From IMG/VR virus record IMGVR_UViG_3300021399_000098: a DNA stretch of 64,000 bases; one strand, given 5' to 3'. This document shows positions 10,166 to 17,620 of the stretch, in pieces; within the stretch, counting starts at the first letter, position 1, and every line of letters begins with the position of its first letter. The stretch comes from a virus. Its lineage: Duplodnaviria > Caudoviricetes. The notes beneath the pieces are model-generated. The model worked only from the letters and a program-made list of their open reading frames with translations. It ran no database searches and was not told the origin of the DNA. The position numbers and the translations under genes were made by a program.

Positions 10166-10369
10166 TCAATCCCAACCCCATATTTCATGCGACATTGGAA
10201 ACCTCATGGCCATGCGTTTCAACGACTCGTCAGTAAACCATCTTTTCTTGCGGAAAAACCACTTAAACTTATTGTGTTTACCGCCCATTACATGAGCTAC
10301 CCACCTCCTACTATGAGGCGTTTTATTCCAAAACCTTTTAGGAGTTTTATACTTTTTACCCTTTGACAT
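10166..10369 (-). CDS. Small, very basic hypothetical protein
   Basis: MSKGKKYKTPKRFW..., K/R/W-rich, immediately downstream of the tRNA array. Confidence 0.55.
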   Translation of the reverse strand: MSKGKKYKTPKRFWNKTPHSRRWVAHVMGGKHNKFKWFFRKKRWFTDESLKRMAMRFPMSHEIWGWD

Positions 10370-10384
10370 AGTAAACAAATTTAG

Positions 10385-10457
10385 TTGGCGAGGTAGGATT
10401 CAAACCTACGACCCCAGGAGTCAAATTCCTGTGCTCTAATCACTGCGCTACTCACCA
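10385..10457 (-). tRNA. tRNA-Gln(UUG), atypical
   Basis: Acceptor stem TGGTGAG/CTCGCCA; anticodon arm CAGGA-ATTTGAC-TCCTG; T arm GTAGG-TTTGAAT-CCTAC; CCA not encoded. Confidence 0.85.
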
Positions 10458-10460
10458 ATT

Positions 10461-10534
10461 TGGTTGGGCTACTCGGATTCGAACCAAGAACAACAGCTCC
10501 AAAAACTATTGTGTTACCATTACACCATAGCCCA
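10461..10534 (-). tRNA. tRNA-Gln(UUG)
   Basis: TGGGCTATGGTGTAATGGTAACAC...loop TTTTGGA...GGTTCGAATCC...TAGCCCA-A-CCA. Confidence 0.92.
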
Positions 10535-10540
10535 ATGTTG

Positions 10541-10625
10541 TAGCTCTAGTGGGAGTCGAACCCACACGTCCTTTCGGACACAAGATTTTGAGTCTAGCGC
10601 GTGCTACCAATTTCGCCATAGAGCC
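10541..10625 (-). tRNA. tRNA-Leu(CAA)
   Basis: Acceptor GGCTCTA/TAGAGCT; loop CTCAAAA; long variable arm GTCC-GAAA-GGAC; discriminator A73. Confidence 0.92.
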
Positions 10626-10632
10626 ATATTTG

Positions 10633-10719
10633 TACCTTCGGTGGGAGTCGAACCCACAATGTCCTTTCGGAACACTACATCCTTAGTGTAGCCTCTATAC
10701 CAAGTTCGAGTACGAAGGC
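10633..10719 (-). tRNA. tRNA-Leu(AAG)
   Basis: Acceptor GCCTTCG/CGAAGGT; perfect anticodon arm CTACA-CTAAGGA-TGTAG; long variable arm; GGTTCGACTCC; A73. Confidence 0.9.
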
Positions 10720-10728
10720 ATATTTTTG

Positions 10729-11332
10729 TAGCCCTGAAGGGAGTCGAACCCTCACGCCCATTCCTGGACCTTAGATTTTACCTACCACTCTATGTTACCA
10801 TAGCCAAACAACGTTTATTATTTAAACTTCATCAGCCTTTGGGCATCAGGTGAGCCTCTCACTCACAGTCTTTGTTTGTTGTAGTCTGGAATACATCTTT
10901 ACCATATTGAAATTCTTGCAAGATATGAATATATACTACTCGCACTTTTCAAAGCATTACCAATTACTAAGTGTATTATTCTCTCATATATACCCATAAT
11001 TTCAACTTAGGTATCTCCTATATACTCTCTACACATTTATGAGAAAATAGCCGCTATCTGCGCTACGTTGCTATTCTCTTGCGTCTGCTATTACTAGCTA
11101 GATTTCTCAATTTAGCACGGTATTATCCTTACACATTATTGATTAGTGTGGTGTTCTCTTAGTGCGCTGTGCATAACCTTTGAACTATAGTAGCACATGC
11201 CGTTTCCCAAGAAGGACTTCCACCGTTTTAGGGAGATTCTACATAGGGATTTCTCGCCTATGCAACCTATATTTCTGAGACTACTTTCTCTTGGTCTAGT
11301 CTAATGCGTACTACCAATTTCGCCACAGAGCC
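10729..11332 (-). tRNA. tRNA-Leu(UAA) interrupted by an intron (exons 11332-11298 and 10780-10729)
   Basis: The 5' exon GGCTCTGTGGCGAAATTGGTAGTACGCATTAGACT and the 3' exon TAAAATCTAAGGTCC...GGTTCGACTCCCTTCAGGGCTA join to give the arm TTAGA-CTTAAAA-TCTAA. Confidence 0.9.
10781..11297 (-). ncRNA. Group I intron (517 nt, no ORF of 60 aa or more)
   Basis: The exon ends in U and the intron ends in G. P3 ATCTCC/GGAGAT; P-like CGGTGGAAG (11225-11217); Q-like AATACCGTGC (11124-11115); R-like AGAGAGTATA (11030-11021); S-like AAGATGTATTCC (10899-10888); P7 GAGTA/TATTC; P2 GCATAGG/CCTATGT; 3' GNRA hairpin CTATG-GTAA-CATAG. Confidence 0.88.
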
Positions 11333-11340
11333 ATACAAAA

Positions 11341-11445
11341 AATCAATCTACACTGTTGTAACACACTCCCCACGCAGATATGTCAACACCTTTGATACCG
11401 TTGCTGGTTGGTATCTGCCCTTCCCAATTCTATCCTCGATTGATT
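11341..11445 (-). ncRNA. Candidate structured RNA of unknown class
   Basis: Closing stem AATCAATC/GATTGATT and inner stem GCAGATA/TATCTGC; GC-richer than its flanks; lies between the promoter and the first tRNA. Confidence 0.4.
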
Positions 11446-11504
11446 ATGTTGAATACGTTTATACAAAATTTGCACCGTAAACCATTCCCTTATGATTCAC
11501 GATG

Positions 11505-11536
11505 CAAATATATAAAAAATTTTTCAATTAACCAAA
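11505..11536 (-). promoter_or_regulatory. Bacteroidota-type promoter driving the tRNA operon
   Basis: TTTG-N20-TATATTTG. Confidence 0.75.
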
Positions 11537-11550
11537 CAATTTAGAAGTTT

Positions 11551-11685
11551 TTAACGAATAATTCTCTTTTCGCTTCTTCTTGACCTTCCACTTTCATTAA
11601 GAGGTCTGCTTGGATTTGGATTAGCTGAAACTACCTTGTTTGCTGTTGTAGTATTAGCCTTGTTTTTCTGACAGCCACATGCCAT
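11551..11685 (-). CDS. Small protein (44 aa) with N-terminal CxC
   Basis: Below the track cut-off: MACGCQKNKANTTTANKVVSANPNPSRPLNESGRSRRSEKRIIR*. Confidence 0.6.
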   Translation of the reverse strand: MACGCQKNKANTTTANKVVSANPNPSRPLNESGRSRRSEKRIIR

Positions 11686-11731
11686 AATTCAATATATTTT
11701 AATAACGTTATTTTTTTTGCATCGAGTCATA

Positions 11732-11830
11732 TTATACCAATCCTTGCAAGAGTCCTTGGAGTACCCTTGCATAGCTACGTTGTAACAATAAGTTACGAAT
11801 TTCTGACTCAATTGCTATAATTTTATTCAT
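11732..11830 (-). CDS. Possible 32-aa peptide
   Basis: MNKIIAIESEIRNLLLQRSYARVLQGLLQGLV*, with a TATTTAT motif ~22 nt upstream. Confidence 0.35.
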   Translation of the reverse strand: MNKIIAIESEIRNLLLQRSYARVLQGLLQGLV

Positions 11831-11878
11831 TGTTTAAATACTTTTGCTATTATAAATATAATGAACTTTGAAAAACAA

Positions 11879-11986
11879 TCAATGTTTATCGATTTTTTTC
11901 ATAATATCTGCATTAACAGTTTTAACATATCTGTACATTGCATATTCAGCAGCCACAAACACTACTACAACAAAAACGTTAGTCAT
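11879..11986 (-). CDS. Small membrane peptide (35 aa)
   Basis: MTNVFVVVVFVAAEYAMYRY...; ATGA overlap with the upstream gene. Confidence 0.5.
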   Translation of the reverse strand: MTNVFVVVVFVAAEYAMYRYVKTVNADIMKKIDKH

Positions 11987-12504
11987 TTTATTTTAATATA
12001 TTCTTCTTTTTGATTTGCGTATTCTAACACTTTTTTCCTTATCACCAAAATATCATTGGTATCATATAACGGAATGCCATAACTCCTACAAACTATTTTG
12101 ACGTTATCATACCTATAGAAATTTGGATTGCAAAATACAATCATCTTATGTTGTCTTGCAAACAGTCCAATTTCCATCAGAGATATTGGAGACTTTGAAT
12201 TTGGTAATATATTCATCACTATAAGGTCAGCCCTTTCAAGATGATATAATTCCCATTCTATTTGCTTCTCTATTTCCGCATGGTCGCTACTGCTAGTCCA
12301 TTCTTCCCTTCTTGGATTATAAATCATAATAGGATGAACCGTATCATGTTCGTTTAGCTCGTCTATCAACGCTTTTTGCCAATTCACAGAATCACCATTG
12401 TCGATAGTTCCTGCTAGAAATAGATTTAACGGTATCTTTCCATCTATGGAATATATATTGTTATCACACTCATGCGGTGGCGTAAATACTTTGTTCTTTT
12501 TCAT
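11983..12504 (-). CDS. Nucleoside 2-deoxyribosyltransferase-like protein
   Basis: LFLAGTID...NWQ...YNPRR...QIEWEL...AD...SPISLMEIGL. Confidence 0.8.
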   Translation of the reverse strand: MKKNKVFTPPHECDNNIYSIDGKIPLNLFLAGTIDNGDSVNWQKALIDELNEHDTVHPIMIYNPRREEWTSSSDHAEIEKQIEWELYHLERADLIVMNILPNSKSPISLMEIGLFARQHKMIVFCNPNFYRYDNVKIVCRSYGIPLYDTNDILVIRKKVLEYANQKEEYIKIK

Positions 12505-12511
12505 AACAGTG

Positions 12512-12543
12512 CAAATATATAGATTTTAAATGAAAAATCCAAA
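12512..12543 (-). promoter_or_regulatory. Bacteroidota-type promoter
   Basis: TTTG-N20-TATATTTG. Confidence 0.7.
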
Positions 12544-12547
12544 TAAA

Positions 12548-13228
12548 TTATGACTTCTTAGAAGAAACTAACACCTTATCAGAGATACCTAAATCAACAG
12601 CCTCTTGTCCGATAAACCACTTATCCCTATCACACAGCTTTTCTATTTCTTCAAATGTGTGATTGGTATTGGCTGCAAGGATATTATATATATCTTCTTG
12701 GCATCTTATAGTCTGTTCCATTTCAATTTTAATGTCGGCAGTATGACCTACGAATCCGCTTGAAACTGAATGAATCATCACTCTGCTATGAGGAAGAACA
12801 AACCTTTTTCCTTTCACACCATTACTTAACAACACTGCGCCCATTGATGCTGCCATTCCTATACATGTGGTTGAAATGTCACAAGGAATGTAGTTCATTG
12901 TGTCTATAAGACCTAGACCATCTACAACAGAACCACCAGGACTGTTAATATACATATTGATGTCTCTCTCATCAACTGATGACAAATAAAGCAACTGTGC
13001 AACAGCAGTGTTACAGCTTTCTTCATTCACCTCTCCAGTGAAATAGATGATTCTATCATACATCAACCTTGAAAACACATCAAATGTCGCAACATTAAGC
13101 TGTCTTTCCTCAAGAATATAAGGGGTCAGCATATTATTGGCCTTTTTGATTTGGTCATCTAAAACTGATGCATTAACGTTAGTGTTGCTAATAGCAAACT
13201 TTCTAAAATCTTTTGTTAAATTTTCCAT
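12548..13228 (-). CDS. clpP: ATP-dependent Clp protease proteolytic subunit
   Basis: DVFSRL..DRII, YINSPGGSV, GMAASMG (Ser), RVMIH (His), DRD (Asp). Confidence 0.95.
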   Translation of the reverse strand: MENLTKDFRKFAISNTNVNASVLDDQIKKANNMLTPYILEERQLNVATFDVFSRLMYDRIIYFTGEVNEESCNTAVAQLLYLSSVDERDINMYINSPGGSVVDGLGLIDTMNYIPCDISTTCIGMAASMGAVLLSNGVKGKRFVLPHSRVMIHSVSSGFVGHTADIKIEMEQTIRCQEDIYNILAANTNHTFEEIEKLCDRDKWFIGQEAVDLGISDKVLVSSKKS

Positions 13229-13280
13229 AACTTAATCTGTAAATTGTTTTATTAAAACGCCAAAGGCATAAATTCAGTTT

Positions 13281-14174
13281 TCATTTTCCTCTTTCTTTCG
13301 GATAATCGTACACTTTATTCAACTCAAGAAACTTCTTCCTTAACTGTTTTGTTTCCCTCTTGTCTCTACCCAAGACAAACGCATACTTATGTTTATTTGG
13401 GAATATTACCTTTTCAGCGTTTTTGAACATTTCTTTAGAATATTCCCTAAGTCTTTTTTCAACATCTTCTGGAACGTTCTTCCACTCCATTCTAGACCTA
13501 TCGTTCCAATCCTTGTGCCATTCTATACCCAAGTCCTTTGCATAACGCTTATAAAAGCTTCTAGACCTAAATGTCCTATCAGAAATCAATGAGTTTTCTT
13601 TATATGGATTGATACACTTTATAACGCCTCCGCTATTTTGCCCTAGATAATAGAAATTAAGACCTTGGTATATACTACCCATTTCCTTTGCTTGAGGGTC
13701 ACTATAACAAGTAAAAAGCCTATAAGGAGTATTGTTTACCATCCACTTAATGCACCACATAAGGAACTTACTGCCTAAATTGAAAGGACACCATGAAGCA
13801 GAAGCACCTCTAGTTATCAAAGCTTCGATGTTCTCTGTTCCCTCACCTAACAGTTTAGAAAAAGCATTAGGTGGACTCATTATAATAACACCGCCCAATA
13901 TTCCCTTATATCTTGCCGTAAACCAAGCCATAGGGAAACCAGTTACATCACCAAGCCACTCATAACGTTTTATGAACTCAATACATTCTTTCCTATCTTC
14001 CCTTGAGGTAATGTTTGAAAACTCAAAATCATCCAATGTTATGTTATCCAAATCCTCTTGAGTCCAACCGTATTTCTCTAAGTCTTCTTGCAGTGTTTCC
14101 AATCTCTTCTGATATTGGTAACACCAAGGCTTGTCGTATGTTTTTATCTGTTCAAGTAATTTTATATCACTCAT
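13281..14174 (-). CDS. Mom-like (GNAT-fold) DNA modification protein
   Basis: FIKRYEWLG...ITRGA....P.NLGSKFL...YSDP...GSIYQGLNFYYLG...KHKY matches the Mom-family pattern (YAD...G.IYQA.NF.Y.G). Confidence 0.65.
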   Translation of the reverse strand: MSDIKLLEQIKTYDKPWCYQYQKRLETLQEDLEKYGWTQEDLDNITLDDFEFSNITSREDRKECIEFIKRYEWLGDVTGFPMAWFTARYKGILGGVIIMSPPNAFSKLLGEGTENIEALITRGASASWCPFNLGSKFLMWCIKWMVNNTPYRLFTCYSDPQAKEMGSIYQGLNFYYLGQNSGGVIKCINPYKENSLISDRTFRSRSFYKRYAKDLGIEWHKDWNDRSRMEWKNVPEDVEKRLREYSKEMFKNAEKVIFPNKHKYAFVLGRDKRETKQLRKKFLELNKVYDYPKERGK

Positions 14175-14469
14175 TTTTTTCTATACCAATTGTGCAATAA
14201 AATATATCATCAAGGCAATCGTTGTCTAGTTTAATAACCCAAGCTTTATATCCAAATTCATCTAATTTGGTAAATATGTTTGCCAAATCATTAAAATAAT
14301 CCTCCCATTTTCCGCATCCATTAAGGCCACCACATAATGTTAAGGTTTTAGTACCATATTCATCATTTTTTTTATCAATAATACCAATATTACTTTTTTT
14401 GGTTTTAAGTTTTTCGGTTAGTAAAATTATTTCGCCAACAATTTTTTGTAATTCATTTTTTGTATCCAT
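14167..14469 (-). CDS. Hypothetical protein
   Basis: 100-aa ORF overlapping the downstream start. Confidence 0.65.
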   Translation of the reverse strand: MDTKNELQKIVGEIILLTEKLKTKKSNIGIIDKKNDEYGTKTLTLCGGLNGCGKWEDYFNDLANIFTKLDEFGYKAWVIKLDNDCLDDIFYCTIGIEKNE

Positions 14470-14531
14470 AAAGTTTTATAAATTATTAATGGGGGAAGAT
14501 TAAAACTGTATAACTCCCCCACCTTATTAAA

Positions 14532-15230
14532 TTATGTAATCTTCTTACCAATTTCCTTCTCATATTCAGTTGTTGCCTTTAATGCCTCTTCGTTAAGTGT
14601 GCTACAGAAAGAAAGTGTTGCCTCATCCATTGTAGCTCCAGTATTTACTAGCCCTCTATAGTTGCTGACAGCGCAATTAATCATGTCATAATTGTTTGAG
14701 AATTTTTTTCTAGAGCCATAAGTCTTAAACTTGAAACCAAGTTCATCAGCAGTCTTAGACGTGGTAATATCTGTACCTTGATACATGAATTCCCAAGAAT
14801 ACTTATCAGTTTGTTCCTTAATCATTTCTTGAACTTGCTTTAATGTATATTCCCTTGAAGAGTTTTCCATTCCGTCAGTCATAACAACCACAAGCGTCTT
14901 TCCTGGCATTTCCTCACCATTTTCATCCTTTTTATGAAGCCATTGGCCAACCTTATAAATTCCAGTTCCAATACCATCATTCATTGCAGTAGAACCACCT
15001 GCTGCATACTCGAACTTCTTGATGTCGTTGATGTCAACACCCAAATACTCTTCCGTGACCTTTTCATTGAAAGTGTACAAGGAAACAGTAACCTTACCCT
15101 CCTTAATCGCCTTTTGTTCTTCAACGATTCTGTTAAAACCACCTATCACATCTTCCGTAGATGGATACATGCTTCCGCTTTTATCAATGATAAAAACTAG
15201 ATTAATCCATTTGCTGTTTAAATTAGCCAT
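14532..15230 (-). CDS. von Willebrand factor A domain protein
   Basis: MIDAS motif DKSGSM, GSTAMNDG, VVMTDGMENSS. Confidence 0.9.
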   Translation of the reverse strand: MANLNSKWINLVFIIDKSGSMYPSTEDVIGGFNRIVEEQKAIKEGKVTVSLYTFNEKVTEEYLGVDINDIKKFEYAAGGSTAMNDGIGTGIYKVGQWLHKKDENGEEMPGKTLVVVMTDGMENSSREYTLKQVQEMIKEQTDKYSWEFMYQGTDITTSKTADELGFKFKTYGSRKKFSNNYDMINCAVSNYRGLVNTGATMDEATLSFCSTLNEEALKATTEYEKEIGKKIT

Positions 15231-15247
15231 ATCTATTCAATATTTTA

Positions 15248-15721
15248 TTAGTTATTTCTCTTCCTTGCTTGTCTTTCAGCAGCCCTAGTAGCTTTTTCCT
15301 CTTCCTTGCGCTGCTTTTCCTCCTCTTCAATTTCACTGATAACCGCATAAGACGTTTCTAGGACATCAACGTAGTCTGCATACTTTCTACGCATCCTAAA
15401 CATTTCCTTTGCAATGTCGGTTTCAACGTTAAGCTTATCCTTTTCAGTGTCATAGGAAATGTTACTCAATGCACCTTCCATAAGCTTTTCCTTACCCTCA
15501 TCTGTCAAACGGTCAAATGCCTCTTCATAAATGATTAGAAAAGCATCTTTCTTGGTTAAATACTGAACAGTTGCACCAGCCTTAGAAGCTTTCAACACAT
15601 TTTTATTCTTAGTAACTGAAATCAGCTTCAACTCAATTCCCATTTGGGGGAGACCTGTTTCTTCAAACTTGGTTAATGCGAGGTTTTTAATGTCTTCGCT
15701 TGTTTCAAAAAATTTTGCCAT
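15248..15721 (-). CDS. Hypothetical protein (possibly a degenerate phage metallopeptidase-like fold)
   Basis: 157-aa ORF with a charged C-terminal helix; no HExxH motif. Confidence 0.6.
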   Translation of the reverse strand: MAKFFETSEDIKNLALTKFEETGLPQMGIELKLISVTKNKNVLKASKAGATVQYLTKKDAFLIIYEEAFDRLTDEGKEKLMEGALSNISYDTEKDKLNVETDIAKEMFRMRRKYADYVDVLETSYAVISEIEEEEKQRKEEEKATRAAERQARKRNN

Positions 15722-15724
15722 AAT

Positions 15725-16027
15725 TTAATTGTTATTTTCTGTTAAAAGATTATTTAATTTATTTCCCATCCATTCAATTAATCCAAACAACGGTTTCAAA
15801 CCATCTTCCTCATTGAACGGTGTATAATTTTCTCTTTGATATTGGCAAGGATTGTCACAGTATTTCCCAAGACAATGGATAATCTGTTTTCTACCTACCA
15901 AGTCTTTGTTTTCCTCGTAATGTTCAAGATTACCGTTAAGTATTTCAGTCAATTTCTCATGACACCCACCTTTACATGTATTTCTGCACCTATCACATAT
16001 GAAAGACCCACTGTTTATGTATTTCAT
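15725..16027 (-). CDS. Cys-rich hypothetical protein
   Basis: CDRCRNTCKGGC and CLGKYCDNPC. Confidence 0.65.
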   Translation of the reverse strand: MKYINSGSFICDRCRNTCKGGCHEKLTEILNGNLEHYEENKDLVGRKQIIHCLGKYCDNPCQYQRENYTPFNEEDGLKPLFGLIEWMGNKLNNLLTENNN

Positions 16028-16044
16028 TTTCTATTTATTTTTTG

Positions 16045-16076
16045 CAAAGATATAAAAAAAAAGTTAAAAAAACAAA
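16045..16076 (-). promoter_or_regulatory. Bacteroidota-type promoter
   Basis: TTTG-N20-TATCTTTG. Confidence 0.75.
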
Positions 16077-16119
16077 TATGTCTTTAATAAATTTAACAAA
16101 ATCTTATTTTTTATGAAAA

Positions 16120-16452
16120 ATGAAAAAGAAAATAGAAACACTAAATAACTTAATAACTGATGACAGGCTCACTTCTGAAGAGAAAAATGCCATTAGTACA
16201 GCATGTAATATTATGAGGCTATATTTACGCAAAAAAGAACCTTATATAGACTTCCAAGGATGGGAACAAAGAAAACATACCATGAAGGATTTAAGGGAAT
16301 TTGTTGGCAAAAATGACAACCTTGCTGATGACATACAAATACTTGTACTAGAAGATGATGGTATGGGATATGGTGCTAGAAATGGCTATTGTACAAGTAT
16401 ATATTTAAGTGATGATGGCAACGGTAAAAAAGAAGTTCAAATTTGGTTTTAA
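16120..16452 (+). CDS. Hypothetical protein
   Basis: 110 aa; abuts the next gene. Confidence 0.65.
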   Translation: MKKKIETLNNLITDDRLTSEEKNAISTACNIMRLYLRKKEPYIDFQGWEQRKHTMKDLREFVGKNDNLADDIQILVLEDDGMGYGARNGYCTSIYLSDDGNGKKEVQIWF

Positions 16453-17148
16453 ATGGGTCGTAGAAACAAAAAGAAAATATACAGCATAATATTGGTCAAT
16501 CATGGAAAACAACAAAAGGTTATATGTAGCGAAACAACAGAAGAGAAAATATACAATAAATTCAACTCTCTGTTAAAAGAAAACAAAAAAGTTGTATTTC
16601 CGATGAGGTACAACAATGAAAAACATGTAATGGTTGAATCTGAACATGAATTGGTGATAATAAAATGCAAGGAACTTGGTGACAAGGATGTTATAAAGCT
16701 GCGCGATGACAGTGGAACATTCGTTAACTATGAATCATCCGATGAGGATTGGGTTATAGTTGACCGTGCTTCATTTGACATCGAAGAGACATTCTGGGTT
16801 TATGGCTATCATCCCAAACTACAAAGAAAAACGTTTGAATGGATATTCAACGAATTTGTGTCCAAAGATGCTAGAAACAAATACATGTTTAAGACGATAC
16901 AGCTTTACTTGAACAAAATACTCATAGAGTGCAACGGAAACTTGGACATGGTAATATGCAAAAACAAAAAGGACTCAATCAGATTCTACAACCAATTAGA
17001 AAATTGGTGCAGAGACAAGAAATACAAATACGTAATGTTCCTAGGTGATGCAGATAAAAGCAAATACAAGGCTGATTTAATAACTAAAATACAAGAATTT
17101 ACCCATTGGTCTCGTAGAAAAGTAATTAGACCTAGCACAAGGCCATAA
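16453..17148 (+). CDS. Hypothetical protein
   Basis: 231-aa ORF followed by the hairpin AAAAAGAGTG...CACTCTTTTT. Confidence 0.75.
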   Translation: MGRRNKKKIYSIILVNHGKQQKVICSETTEEKIYNKFNSLLKENKKVVFPMRYNNEKHVMVESEHELVIIKCKELGDKDVIKLRDDSGTFVNYESSDEDWVIVDRASFDIEETFWVYGYHPKLQRKTFEWIFNEFVSKDARNKYMFKTIQLYLNKILIECNGNLDMVICKNKKDSIRFYNQLENWCRDKKYKYVMFLGDADKSKYKADLITKIQEFTHWSRRKVIRPSTRP

Positions 17149-17168
17149 AAAAGAGTGGGGATTGTTCC

Positions 17169-17417
17169 TCACTCTTTTTCTTTTACAATTATTTTAACTC
17201 CTTCAAAGTTAATTATTATTTCACCTTCAGATGGCACAAACTTCTGGCTATCATCCTTTTTGTTTCTATAGAACAAATCCTCATCCACTTTTTTGAACTG
17301 CTCTTTGTCTACATAAACATATAGTTCAGACTGCTGTGTAATACCATCATCTTTCAATCTTGCTGATATTAACTGCCCTAGTTCAAATATACTCATCGTA
17401 CCAAATTTAAATTCCAT
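17169..17417 (-). CDS. Hypothetical protein
   Basis: Overlapping-operon ORF. Confidence 0.65.
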   Translation of the reverse strand: MEFKFGTMSIFELGQLISARLKDDGITQQSELYVYVDKEQFKKVDEDLFYRNKKDDSQKFVPSEGEIIINFEGVKIIVKEKE

Positions 17418-17620
17418 AGTAACTTATCAAAGCCATTCTTTATTCTTCTCCAAAAAGAAAATTGGACTTTCTTTTCTCCGCTTAACACCTCTGTCATGTC
17501 TTTACCCATAGAGCCATTTAGCTGTTCTGCTATTTTATTCTGGTATCCTTTCAGTGCTAACTCGTCCATCCTCTTTTCGCTTTCTAACGAAACAATTTCC
17601 CTATTTAACTCATTGTTCAT
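17393..17620 (-). CDS. Hypothetical protein
   Basis: Overlapping-operon ORF. Confidence 0.65.
   Translation of the reverse strand: MNNELNREIVSLESEKRMDELALKGYQNKIAEQLNGSMGKDMTEVLSGEKKVQFSFWRRIKNGFDKLLWNLNLVR

Noticed and set aside
10130-10691. Plus-strand ORFs 10130-10366 and 10464-10691
   Set aside because: They are antisense to a minus-strand gene and to the tRNA genes.
11290-11332. Reading the 5' half-tRNA (…GACTAGA…) as a CUA suppressor or a truncated pseudo-tRNA
   Set aside because: It is the 5' exon of the intron-split tRNA-Leu(UAA); the matching 3' exon is at 10780-10729.
11341-11445. SAM-I riboswitch or SRP RNA, suggested by CAGCAAC and GGAAGG words
   Set aside because: The SAM-I P1/P2 kink-turn and pseudoknot elements and the SRP domain IV loop are not recognisable; kept only as an unclassified candidate RNA.
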